Source of the DNA: Planctomycetota bacterium
Lineage (GTDB): Bacteria; Planctomycetota; Planctomycetia; Isosphaerales; Isosphaeraceae
Direction of reading: 5' to 3'
Length of the DNA stretch: 26,495 bases
Assembly: GCA_021818605.1 (NCBI GenBank)
Contig: JAKAUH010000797.1
Location: forward strand, 1-26,495
Part shown: piece by piece, positions 1 to 8,967 of the stretch
Layout of the letters: every line of letters starts with the position of its first letter
Numbering within the stretch: position 1 is the stretch's first letter
Position numbers and translations under genes: made by a program
The notes under the pieces: generated by a model
Told to the model about the DNA's origin: nothing
Database searches by the model: none
Seen by the model: the letters and a program-made list of their open reading frames with translations, nothing else

Positions 1-1
1 C

Positions 2-2062
2 CACGCCAGCCCGCACGATCCCGCGACCTACATCGCCTTTGCGAAGCAGTTCGCGGCCTACGCCGCACAGATCGACCCGAACATCTCGATCGGGGTGGAC
101 GTGGGGAGCCCGGGCGACAACAACAACTGGACGTCGCTCATGCTCCAGCAGTGCGCGAGCCAGGGCTTCACACCCGGGTTCCTGAGCGACCACAACTACG
201 TGCAGGCACCGGGGAGCGAGAGCGACTCGAACCTGCTGCTTAACACCGTCTCGAACCCGAACAGCAATGCCGGGGACCCTGGTAATCCCTACGACTGGGC
301 GGTGCGCGCGGCCGACTACCAGGCGCTGCTGACGAAGTACCTGGGCGCGGCGGGATCGAAGGTCCAGCTCCTGACGACCGAGTTCAACTCGGTGTACTCC
401 AACCCTGGCAAGCAGACGACCAGCCTGGTGAATGGACTGTTCGTGGCCGACTCGCTCGGCGCCTTGCTCGAGACACCGTACAACGGCGCCCTCGTGTGGG
501 ACCTGCGGAACAGCTACTCGACGGGCGGCAACAACTCGTCGAGTCTTTATGGCTGGCGTCAGGGAGGCGACTACGGCCTGATCGGTAGCCCAGGCGGGTC
601 GGCGCCGGCGACCGGGCCTTATGTGCCCTATCCGACCTACTTCGCCGAGCAGCTCGCCTCGAAGATCATCCAGACCGGCGGAAAGGTCGTCCAGGCCAGC
701 AGCAGCACGCCCGATCTCGCTGTCTACGCCGTGCTCGAGGCGAACGGGCACCTCAACCTGCTGGTCATCAACAAGAGCGCGACCAGCTCGCTGACCGGCC
801 AGTTCCAGCTCGCCAATTTCCAGCCGTCCTCGCAGGCGCAGGCCTGGCAGTACGGTGAAGCCCAGGACACGGCGCAGAGCCACACCACCAACGGTCAGTC
901 GGCGCTGGCGTCGTTCACGGCGAACCTCGGAGTGAGCGGGTCGAGCTTCTCCTACGCGTTTCCCGCGTACTCGATGACGGTGCTCGACCTGGGCCGGGCC
1001 TCGACGAACGGCGGCGGGCCAACCATCACCCAGGCCGCAACCGCCTCGCCAAGCCCGGTCACGGGCGTCTCGACGACCCTGTCGGTGGGAGCGACCGACC
1101 CATCGGGAACTACCGGCCTGACCTACACCTGGACCACGACTGGCACGCCGCCCGCGCCGGTGCACTACAACACCAACGGCACCAATGCCGCGCATAATGT
1201 CGTGGCGACCTTCTCGAAGGCCGGCACCTACAGCTTCCAGGTCGACGTGAGCGACCCGTCCGGATACGTCGTGACCAGCAGCGTGGCGGTCACCGTGGAC
1301 CAGACGCTGTCAGCGATCCGGGTCAGCCCGTCGCCGGTCACAATCGCGGCCGGTGGCCAGCAGTCGTTCACCGGTGTCGGCTACGACCAGTTCGGCAACG
1401 CGATGGCCGTGCAGCCGGCGCTGAGCTGGTCGGTGGCGTCCGGGGTCGGCACGATCACGACGGCCGGCGTGTACCATGCCCCGAATACAAGCGGCTCGGC
1501 CGTGATCCGGGCGGCGAACGGCTCAATCGCCGGGACGGCAAGCGTCACTGTGGCTCCTCCGTCGAAGTCCAGCGCGACGGTCGTGTTCACAGTCTACAGC
1601 GCGTGGAACACCGGCTTCGACGCCGGCCTCACGCTCACCAACACGGGGACAACGACGATCAACGGCTGGACCCTCCAGTTCCAGTTCTCGCCCTCAATCT
1701 ACGACATCTGGAACGCGGTGATCGCCAGCCACACAAGCGGCCATTACGTGCTGAAGAACGCGAGCTACAACGGCACCATCAGGCCGGGGCAGAGCGTCTC
1801 CATCGGATTCCTGGGCACGCCCGGCGGCACGCCAGCCGCGCCGACCGGCTACCTGCTCAACGGCACCCCGATCGGGTCGGGCATCACGGCCGCCGCGCTC
1901 GCGACGACCAACTCGGGCCTGGCGCCGATCAAGGGGCATCATGCGAAGCAAAAGAAGGAGCCTGGGCTCGTTCGCCTCGGCAAGGCCGGCATCCCGTCGC
2001 GTGCCCCATTCGGAAGGGGTACGATTCACGACAGGAAGCGCGGCGGGACCTTGATGTCCTGA
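2..2062 (+). CDS. Modular glycoside hydrolase, 5'-truncated: clan GH-A-like catalytic domain (arabinofuranosidase-like), PKD/Ig-like domains, C-terminal CBM2
   Basis: The frame is open from base 2 (HASPHDPATYIAFAKQ...), so the true start lies upstream. Candidate nucleophile region LTTEFNS...SLVNGLFVAD. Thr/Ser-rich beta-sandwich modules follow. CBM2 pattern SAWNTGF..LTLTNTG..INGWTL..IWNA..YNGTI.PGQSVSIGF. The exact GH family cannot be assigned by eye. Confidence 0.75.
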   Translation, partial: HASPHDPATYIAFAKQFAAYAAQIDPNISIGVDVGSPGDNNNWTSLMLQQCASQGFTPGFLSDHNYVQAPGSESDSNLLLNTVSNPNSNAGDPGNPYDWAVRAADYQALLTKYLGAAGSKVQLLTTEFNSVYSNPGKQTTSLVNGLFVADSLGALLETPYNGALVWDLRNSYSTGGNNSSSLYGWRQGGDYGLIGSPGGSAPATGPYVPYPTYFAEQLASKIIQTGGKVVQASSSTPDLAVYAVLEANGHLNLLVINKSATSSLTGQFQLANFQPSSQAQAWQYGEAQDTAQSHTTNGQSALASFTANLGVSGSSFSYAFPAYSMTVLDLGRASTNGGGPTITQAATASPSPVTGVSTTLSVGATDPSGTTGLTYTWTTTGTPPAPVHYNTNGTNAAHNVVATFSKAGTYSFQVDVSDPSGYVVTSSVAVTVDQTLSAIRVSPSPVTIAAGGQQSFTGVGYDQFGNAMAVQPALSWSVASGVGTITTAGVYHAPNTSGSAVIRAANGSIAGTASVTVAPPSKSSATVVFTVYSAWNTGFDAGLTLTNTGTTTINGWTLQFQFSPSIYDIWNAVIASHTSGHYVLKNASYNGTIRPGQSVSIGFLGTPGGTPAAPTGYLLNGTPIGSGITAAALATTNSGLAPIKGHHAKQKKEPGLVRLGKAGIPSRAPFGRGTIHDRKRGGTLMS

Positions 2063-2133
2063 GCCGGGTAGTTGATCGACCAGATCCCGGCTCGGCTCAT
2101 CTCCTTTCATCCCTGTCGTCTGGAGGAGAACCG

Positions 2134-2604
2134 ATGAGCGTGGGCGCGAGCCGGGACGAGTTCCTGCAAGCGTCGATCGACGAGGCGCGGGCCGGGCTGG
2201 CCGAGGGGGGAATCCCGATCGGCTCGGTACTGGTGATCGACGGCCGGATCATCGGACGGGGTCATAACCGTCGCGTCCAGCGCGGCAGCGCGATCCTTCA
2301 CGCCGAGATGGACGCGATCGAGAACGCCGGGCGATTGACGGCCGCCGATTACCGGCGCGCCGTGCTCTATTCGACCCTCTCGCCGTGCGACATGTGTTCG
2401 GGCACGGCGCTCCTCTACCGGATTCCGCGGATCGTGATCGGCGAGAACCGGACGTTCCGGGGGCCCGAGGACTATCTCCGGTCGCGCGGGGTCCGGCTCG
2501 AGATCCTCGACGACATCGAATGCGTCCGGCTGATGGAGGAGTTCATTCGCGCGCGGCCGTCGTTGTGGGACGAGGACATCGGTGAGCCGACGCCCGGTGC
2601 GTGA
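2134..2604 (+). CDS. Zinc-dependent nucleoside/cytosine deaminase (CDA fold, FCY1-like)
   Basis: HAE and PCxxC (PCDMC) zinc motifs, GGIPIGSVL N-terminus and WDEDIGE C-terminus as in yeast-type cytosine deaminases. RBS GGAGGAG lies just before ATG 2134; the ORF-track start at 1603 is a spurious extension. Confidence 0.9.
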   Translation: MSVGASRDEFLQASIDEARAGLAEGGIPIGSVLVIDGRIIGRGHNRRVQRGSAILHAEMDAIENAGRLTAADYRRAVLYSTLSPCDMCSGTALLYRIPRIVIGENRTFRGPEDYLRSRGVRLEILDDIECVRLMEEFIRARPSLWDEDIGEPTPGA

Positions 2605-2620
2605 AACCGAAGTCGCAGGT

Positions 2621-3094
2621 TCATTCGCTCCCGCTCGCCCTCTCCCGGCGAGGGACGATGACATAAGCGACCTGCGCCATTACGGGCTGATCATCCTGGT
2701 TGAAGGTGGTGCTCTTCACGCGAACGACTCCGCGCTCGGGGTTCGAGCTGGACGGCCGGATCTCGACGATCTCGGACTCGACGCGGAGGATATCGCCCGG
2801 TCGTACGGGCCGCGGCCATCGGATCGATTCGACGCCGGCGCCGACAAGTCCGCCGGCGATCCGGAATTCACCCTGAACCATCAGCCGCATCGTAAGAGCA
2901 GCGGTGTGCCACCCGCTGGCGACCAGGCCGCCGAAGAGGCTCGCGCGGCCGGACGCCTCGTCCAGATGGAACGGCTGGGGATCGAATTGGGAGGCGAAGC
3001 TACGGATCTCATCGGCCTCCAGCCGCACGGAGGACGTGCGGAAGATCTGGCCGACCGACAGGTCCTCGAGATACATCGGCGGGCTCGGTGTCAT
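2621..3094 (-). CDS. MaoC-family (hot-dog fold) dehydratase
   Basis: YLEDL..G, FASQFDPQPFHLD, ASGWHTAAL and RWPRPVRPGD motifs. GGAGA RBS before the ATG. Confidence 0.9.
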   Translation of the reverse strand: MTPSPPMYLEDLSVGQIFRTSSVRLEADEIRSFASQFDPQPFHLDEASGRASLFGGLVASGWHTAALTMRLMVQGEFRIAGGLVGAGVESIRWPRPVRPGDILRVESEIVEIRPSSSNPERGVVRVKSTTFNQDDQPVMAQVAYVIVPRRERASGSE

Positions 3095-3344
3095 CGGGTC
3101 TCCGATCGAGATGACGGGTCGGCGAAGACGCGCAAGGCAAGACGACTGATCTCGTCCCGCGCAGGCTCGGGCATCGGCCGCGATCCATCATCTTCGCGAC
3201 GGGCCGGCGGTGCAACGTCGGCCCTTGCGGCATTGCCGAACATCCGAGCCCGAGCAGGCACCGAATTCTGTCGGCGAGGGAATCGCGCGGGTGGGACAAT
3301 CGAATTGAGTCATGCCGATACACCTGAAATGCTTTGTTCGAACT

Positions 3345-5969
3345 TCAACGTCGATTGACCTTCATTGCCGACTTGCCCGAGCCCCAGGTGAAGGTGTGGA
3401 CGCTGTCCCACCAGCGCCCGGGCAGGTTGAGCGTCGAGCCCCCGTCGTCAACCGGCTGGCGTTTGCCCGGCCGCGGCTGCGCGGGAGCCCGGCTAAAGGC
3501 CGAGACCAGCACGACGCCGGCCAGGACCGCGAACCAGGCCGTGCGCCACCCCCGAAACCAGCGCAGCGTGTGATGCTCGGCCGCCAGGGCAACGGGACGC
3601 CTCGGCAGGAAGAGGCCGACGAGCCCAAGCGCCAACCCGATCATCGTCAAGGTCAGGCCGGCCAAGAATCCCGCCGGCCGATATGTGAAGACGACGGTGT
3701 GCTTGCCCTTCCCGAGAAACACCGCCCGAAACGCGACGTACGCCGGCCAGATCGGCGCCGGGTGGCCGTTGACCGTCACCGACCAGCCGGGGTCGTAGGT
3801 GTCGGAAAACACCAGGTAGCCGGGCGAGTCGAGCTCGGTCTCGATGACGACCCGCTCGGGAAGATCCTGGACGATCCGGGCCGTGCCTGATGAGACCGCG
3901 GTGGACGCGAGCGGCCTGCTGGGGTCCTCGACCAGCACCCGATCGCGGAGTTGACCGGTAAGGCGGATCATATCGCCGACGGCCTCCCGATGGCCCGAGG
4001 AGTAAATCGGCCGGCCAACGATCCGGGCGCGGGGCAAGGCATTCGGATTGCGATGGAGCAGCGCCGTGCCGACCGGCATGCCCCGAGCCCCCTCGACGTT
4101 CCTGCCCAGCAGGATATGCGTGTCCCCTTCCAGGTCGTGCCGCCAGGGAAACGAGCGCTGCGTGCCGGTCGGATCCCCGAAGTCAAACAGCCGGCGGGAG
4201 TACATCGGCGTGTTCCCCTTCGAGCTGGGCACGTTCCACGCCAGGGGAAGGCTCCAGTCGAGCGGGTCGCGTACCCCCATGAAGTTGATCGGCTCGGAGG
4301 CATATCCCGGCTCGCCCGCGCTCTTGTCGGCCCTGCCAAAGACGCGGATAAACCCCGTTTCCGCGCGCAGCAGCCGGACCGTTGGCGGAGGCTCGGTCCA
4401 GTACCGCGGGTCGACGCTGACGACGTCATACCAGTGCGCGCCCAGCAGGTCGGCCATGACGAGCAGGGGCAGAAGCGCGGCCCAGCGGGCGCGTCGCGAC
4501 GGCTCGGTCGCGCGAAGCGCCGATCGCGCGGCCCAGAGGGCCAGGCCGGCCAGGAATGCCGTCCGAAACACGCCCAGAACCAACTCGCGGCCCAGCCACT
4601 GATACCGGTCGAGGTGGTACGGCTTGTTCCACTTGCTCGGCCAGTACCAGATCGGCGTGTAGACGTAGATCGCGATCGGGATCGACAGCATCACCAGCAC
4701 GGCCGCCAGGATCAACCCGCCGCGGAGCGAGACAACGCCGGGCCCGGTCAGCCGCTCGACTCCGACCGCCGCGAGCGCGGCGACACCAAGCGCCACCCAG
4801 AGATGGAACCGCACCGGCTCGCGCGAGCTGCCCAGCACGGGGATCTGGTTGGCGTGATCGTACAGGAGCGTGAACTTCCCGAGCATCAGAATCGCCCCAA
4901 TGCCCACCAGGATGACCCAGAAGCTCGTCCAGCGATCCCGACGCGACGCGACGCCCGCGCCCACGACCGCCAGCACCATGGCGATCAGTCCGAGGTAGGC
5001 GTTCATCTCATGGTAAGGGTAAAAGCCGTCGAGCCAGTCGGTGTCGCGGGCGCGGGTGCCGTAAGCCTCGCGGACGACCAGAGTCGGCAGCAGCTCGGGA
5101 TGCCACGAGGCGAAGACCAGCTCACCCCAGCTCAGCCCCCCGGCGCGGGGCGAACGGTCGAGGAGTTCCTTGGAAGGGATCCACTGCACGGCCGAGACCA
5201 GCACGCCCACGACGACGAGAATCGCGGGCGCGAACAGCGCGCGAAATCGACCTCCCCGGCCGGACTCGGTCGCCGCTCGATAGAGCCCGTAGATGCTCAC
5301 CAGCACCACAGTGAAAAGAGCGTCCTGAAGATGGCCGGCGAAGACCTGGCACGCGAGCGCCAGCCCGCCGAGCACCGCGCCTCGCCATCGACCGGAGGAC
5401 CACGAACACTCGAGTCCCCAGATCACGAAGGGAAGGCTCGCGAGCGCGTTGATCATGCTGGTATGGATCAGGTGGCCCCAGGTGTAGCCGCTCAGGCCCA
5501 GGACCGCGGCTCCGGTGAGTCCGCCGGTTGGTCCGACGTGCCGCCGCAGCCAGAAATAGGCTCCCAACCCCGTCAACCACACCGAAAGCACGGTGTCCAG
5601 GTTGAGGGCCTGCCAGGTGGCGAGCCAGGGATAGAGCAGGTACTTGAAGGGATGCAGATACCCCGCCTGGCTCTCGCTGAAAAGCGGCAGGCCGCAGTAG
5701 AGGTCCGGGCACCATCGCGAGAACCGACCGGCCTTCAGCTCGTCGGCGAAGAAGGCGCGATAGGGATAGTTGATCTCGGTGATGTCGAAGTAGAACAGCG
5801 CCTTCCGCAGAGCGGCGACGTCCCAGAAGAACGCGACGATCACGAGGGTCCACACGGCCAGCGCGATCAGATCGCCACGGCCGTGTCGTGGCGGCATGAA
5901 GAACGCGGTGGGGTTCTCGTTTGCGACCGACTCAGATTCTGAGGACGACACGGAGCGAGCCCTGTCCAC
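3345..5969 (-). CDS. YfhO-family polytopic membrane protein (GT-C-fold glycosyltransferase-like)
   Basis: Many TM segments; N-terminal FYFDITEINYPY..F and WCPDLYCGLP...QAGYLHP; C-terminal LVFSDTYDPGWSVTVNG...AYVAFRAV..G.H.VVFTYRP typical of YfhO. Start uncertain: GTG 5969 (15 bp after the upstream stop) or ATG 5897. Confidence 0.75.
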   Translation of the reverse strand: MDRARSVSSSESESVANENPTAFFMPPRHGRGDLIALAVWTLVIVAFFWDVAALRKALFYFDITEINYPYRAFFADELKAGRFSRWCPDLYCGLPLFSESQAGYLHPFKYLLYPWLATWQALNLDTVLSVWLTGLGAYFWLRRHVGPTGGLTGAAVLGLSGYTWGHLIHTSMINALASLPFVIWGLECSWSSGRWRGAVLGGLALACQVFAGHLQDALFTVVLVSIYGLYRAATESGRGGRFRALFAPAILVVVGVLVSAVQWIPSKELLDRSPRAGGLSWGELVFASWHPELLPTLVVREAYGTRARDTDWLDGFYPYHEMNAYLGLIAMVLAVVGAGVASRRDRWTSFWVILVGIGAILMLGKFTLLYDHANQIPVLGSSREPVRFHLWVALGVAALAAVGVERLTGPGVVSLRGGLILAAVLVMLSIPIAIYVYTPIWYWPSKWNKPYHLDRYQWLGRELVLGVFRTAFLAGLALWAARSALRATEPSRRARWAALLPLLVMADLLGAHWYDVVSVDPRYWTEPPPTVRLLRAETGFIRVFGRADKSAGEPGYASEPINFMGVRDPLDWSLPLAWNVPSSKGNTPMYSRRLFDFGDPTGTQRSFPWRHDLEGDTHILLGRNVEGARGMPVGTALLHRNPNALPRARIVGRPIYSSGHREAVGDMIRLTGQLRDRVLVEDPSRPLASTAVSSGTARIVQDLPERVVIETELDSPGYLVFSDTYDPGWSVTVNGHPAPIWPAYVAFRAVFLGKGKHTVVFTYRPAGFLAGLTLTMIGLALGLVGLFLPRRPVALAAEHHTLRWFRGWRTAWFAVLAGVVLVSAFSRAPAQPRPGKRQPVDDGGSTLNLPGRWWDSVHTFTWGSGKSAMKVNRR

Positions 5970-5983
5970 GGGTCTACCTGGCG

Positions 5984-7684
5984 TTACGGGACGACGACCG
6001 GCAGGCGTTCGAGTTCGGCGGGATCGCGACCGTCGTTGACCCACACCGTCGCGAAGCCCGGCTGCCACGCGACCCCCCTCGCCGAGTGGAGTCGCTCGAA
6101 TCGCTCGCCGACGACCTCGGCGGCCGGCTTCGAGCTCCACGGCGACGACTCGGCCGGCCAGAGGATCAGTATCCTACCACGACCGGGGCCCAGCCCGGAT
6201 GACCAGCCGGGGAACCGGTTGGGATAGCGCGCATTCGGAATCCCGCGGATCCGCCCGCCCGAGAGGAACGACAGTCGATAGACCTCCCAGTAGCTGCCGA
6301 AGACGTGGGTGATGTCGGGCGGGATCGTGTAGCGTCCGGTCGCCCTCAGGCCCCGCGGCGACGCAGTCGGTCGCCGTCGACCGCTACTCACAATGACCTC
6401 CGACCACGGAGCGCGAGGCGGTCGAGTCGGGATTCCGTGCGGGTCGACATAGCGGCGGAATTGATACCAGCGGAGGGTCGAGTCGCTCATGAACGCCACG
6501 AGCAGGACGGCCGCCAGCGCGGCGCCGGCCCGCCAGCGCCGCCCGCGCCGGACGAGCGAGTCCATACCGAGGCCGAACCCCAGCGCCCAGGGCGTCAAGA
6601 GGAAGATCAGGTATCGGTAATTGTCGGAGTTGAAGATGTTCCGGTTCACCAGGAACGCCGCGACGATCGCAGCGGCCGAAAAGAGGGAACTGATAGCGAC
6701 AGCTCGTCCCGGAGCCGCGGCGGATCGAATGCCATCGAACCCCAGCCACGCCACGGCCGCCACGAAGGCGACGAGGATCGCGAATGACGGCCAGAACGTG
6801 GTGGCAACGGAGAGTCGCCCGGCACGTGGGCCGACCGAATAGGTGGTCCACCGGAGCCCCGAGCCGGCGAGCAGCCTCGGCAGGCACTCGTCGACCAGCA
6901 ATTCGGCATGCCCAAGGACCGCGGAGGGCTCGAACGTCGCCGAGAACTGCGCGGGATAGGCGTCGTAAGGGTCAATCCAACGCCCCACCTCACGCGGCAG
7001 GATCCCGACGAGCAGCCCAGCAACGAAGGCCGCCGCGAGGATCAAGCCGGACTTTCCTCGCCCGGAAGTCAGCCATTCGAGCGAGGCCGCCGCGGCGATC
7101 CCCACGATTGACATCGCGAACATCGCGTCAAGATAAAGGCCCAATCCGCACCAGACGCCCAGGAGTCCAGCGCGTCGCCACCCGCCCCTCGTCAGGCAGA
7201 CGCCCAGGCCGCCGAGGGCCAGAGTGTGCCAGCCGAGGGTGAGCAGATGCCCGCCGGTGATCCGGCCCGAGAGCCAGATCGTCCCCTTCGACGAGAAGAC
7301 CAGCGGGACGATCGACCAGGCGGCCACCGACGGTCCAAACGCCCGCCACGCCAGTCCGAAAGTCGCCACGACGATCAGGGCCCAGATCGCCGTCCCGCCG
7401 CTGACGAGCGTGACGGGATTCGCGCCGAAGACAAGCGCCTGGGGATAGGAGAAGAACACCGGCAGGATGCCCATGTGGGGCGTACCGGGATAATGCCACC
7501 GCCAGTGGCCGTGCGTGGCGTCGAGCAGCGTCAGGCCGTCGACGGCCAGGTCGCTGTCGAGGTGGTCCTCGGCGTTGTGGACCAGGGGCACGCGGATCGC
7601 CACGGTCCAGATGAGGCCAAGTGCCAGCACCACCCACGGCCAGAGCGGGCGTCGGCCGGTCGTGGGAGACGGCGGCTGGTTCAT
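5984..7684 (-). CDS. Polytopic membrane protein, probable GT-C-type (ArnT/PMT-like) glycosyltransferase
   Basis: N-terminal TM helix followed by an acidic loop (EDHLDSDLAVDG), about 10 hydrophobic segments, NSDNYRY motif and a soluble C-terminal part. The start overlaps the upstream stop (ATGA). Confidence 0.55.
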   Translation of the reverse strand: MNQPPSPTTGRRPLWPWVVLALGLIWTVAIRVPLVHNAEDHLDSDLAVDGLTLLDATHGHWRWHYPGTPHMGILPVFFSYPQALVFGANPVTLVSGGTAIWALIVVATFGLAWRAFGPSVAAWSIVPLVFSSKGTIWLSGRITGGHLLTLGWHTLALGGLGVCLTRGGWRRAGLLGVWCGLGLYLDAMFAMSIVGIAAAASLEWLTSGRGKSGLILAAAFVAGLLVGILPREVGRWIDPYDAYPAQFSATFEPSAVLGHAELLVDECLPRLLAGSGLRWTTYSVGPRAGRLSVATTFWPSFAILVAFVAAVAWLGFDGIRSAAAPGRAVAISSLFSAAAIVAAFLVNRNIFNSDNYRYLIFLLTPWALGFGLGMDSLVRRGRRWRAGAALAAVLLVAFMSDSTLRWYQFRRYVDPHGIPTRPPRAPWSEVIVSSGRRRPTASPRGLRATGRYTIPPDITHVFGSYWEVYRLSFLSGGRIRGIPNARYPNRFPGWSSGLGPGRGRILILWPAESSPWSSKPAAEVVGERFERLHSARGVAWQPGFATVWVNDGRDPAELERLPVVVP

Positions 7685-8253
7685 TGAGCCGGAGCCGGTG
7701 GAAAGAAGTCGGCGACAGCACAGCGGAAGCCGGGTAGTTCGGGGAGGCTCTCGATGTACTCGCCGTCGCGCACGTAGGTCGCCTCGTCGTCCGAGAGGCG
7801 GTAGATCGCAACGTACCGTCGCCTCGGGTTGATCACCCAGACAATCAGCACCTCGGCTTCGACGTATTCGCCAACCTTCTGGAGGATCGCTGTGAAGCGG
7901 TTGCTAGGCGAAAGGACTTCCACGGTCAGGTCGGGCGGAACAGGAGGCAACCCGGAACCGACCCGATGCTCCGGCCATCGGGCATGGCTGTAGAAGCTCA
8001 GATCCGGACCGCGCACCGTGTCGGGGCCGGTTTCCGTGCCGACGGCCGACTCCGTCAAGCAGTACCCATGGCCGGTACTTCGCCCGTAGGATTCCAGGCT
8101 AAAGCCGGCCCTCGAGACGACCCGTCCATGATCCGGCCGTGGTGGCGGCACCTCGATCACCTCCCCTCGGACCAGTTCAAATCGGCCCTCGCCCAGATCC
8201 GCCGCCAGGAATTCCGCGGCCGTCATCAGCTTCGTCTGCGACGCGGTCGCCAT
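7681..8253 (-). CDS. Uma2-family (PD-(D/E)XK-like) endonuclease, copy A
   Basis: MT..EFL, ELVRGEV, VRGPDLSF, PDLTVEVLSPSN, EY..A.V..VWVINP and LPELPGF motifs. GGAG lies 7 nt before ATG 8253; an alternative ATG is at 8259. Confidence 0.9.
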   Translation of the reverse strand: MATASQTKLMTAAEFLAADLGEGRFELVRGEVIEVPPPRPDHGRVVSRAGFSLESYGRSTGHGYCLTESAVGTETGPDTVRGPDLSFYSHARWPEHRVGSGLPPVPPDLTVEVLSPSNRFTAILQKVGEYVEAEVLIVWVINPRRRYVAIYRLSDDEATYVRDGEYIESLPELPGFRCAVADFFPPAPAQ

Positions 8254-8332
8254 CGTCATTCTCCCGAGGCTGCTCCTGCCTTGCCTTGAACGGTCAACTC
8301 GGTCGCCAGGTTAGCGCGACCAGGAATTGTAC

Positions 8333-8905
8333 TCATTGAGCCGGAGCCGGGGGAAAGAAGTCGGAAACCGCACAGCGAAAGCCGGGTAACTCGGGGAGGT
8401 TCTCGAGAAACTCGCTGTCGCGCACGACCATATCGTCCTCCGAATGCCGGTAGATGGTGACCTGCCTCCTCCTGGGGTTGATCACCCAGACCATCAACAC
8501 CCCAGCTTCCAGGTATTCGGTGACCTTTCTGAGGATCGATACACCGCGATTGCTGGGCGAGAGGACTTCCACGGCCAGGTCGGGCGCGACCGGGATGATG
8601 CCGCCGGTCACCTGTGAGATTGGCCAGCGCGCATGGCTGTAGAAGCTGACATCCGCCCCTCGCACAGTGTCGGGATCGCGCTCGGTCATTACCGCCGAGT
8701 CGTTCGAGAGGGCGTATCCATATCCCGACCGCCGACCGTAATCCCAGAGAATACCCGAGGCGTTGGCGCAGACAATTCCATGATCCGGTCTCGGCGGCGG
8801 CACCTCGATCACCTCCCCTCGGACCAGCTCGAACACGCCCTCGCCCAGATTCGCCGCCAGGAATTCCGCGGCCGTCATCAGCTTCGTCTGCGACGCGGTC
8901 GCCAT
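8333..8905 (-). CDS. Uma2-family (PD-(D/E)XK-like) endonuclease, copy B
   Basis: Same motifs as copy A (VRGADVSF, PDLAVEVLSPSN, VWVINP). GGAG lies 7 nt before the ATG. Confidence 0.9.
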   Translation of the reverse strand: MATASQTKLMTAAEFLAANLGEGVFELVRGEVIEVPPPRPDHGIVCANASGILWDYGRRSGYGYALSNDSAVMTERDPDTVRGADVSFYSHARWPISQVTGGIIPVAPDLAVEVLSPSNRGVSILRKVTEYLEAGVLMVWVINPRRRQVTIYRHSEDDMVVRDSEFLENLPELPGFRCAVSDFFPPAPAQ

Positions 8906-8967
8906 GGTCGTTCTCCGGAGGTTATCATTTCACCTCGAACGGGTTCCGGAATCTTAGCGGTTCGCCC

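Larger units (their letters stand above)
7681..8905 (-). repeat. Tandem gene duplication (two Uma2 copies, period 652 bp)
   Basis: 8200-8253 is identical to 8852-8905 (54 bp). 7681-7712 matches 8333-8364 at 31/32. Proteins are about 70% identical by hand alignment. Confidence 0.9.

Noticed and set aside
1603-2133. N-terminal extension of the deaminase ORF
   Set aside because: Overlaps the CBM2 coding region in another frame. A strong RBS supports ATG 2134.
3951-5942. 663-aa plus-strand ORF
   Set aside because: Antisense shadow of the YfhO gene. No recognisable motifs, and long stop-free antisense frames are expected at high GC.
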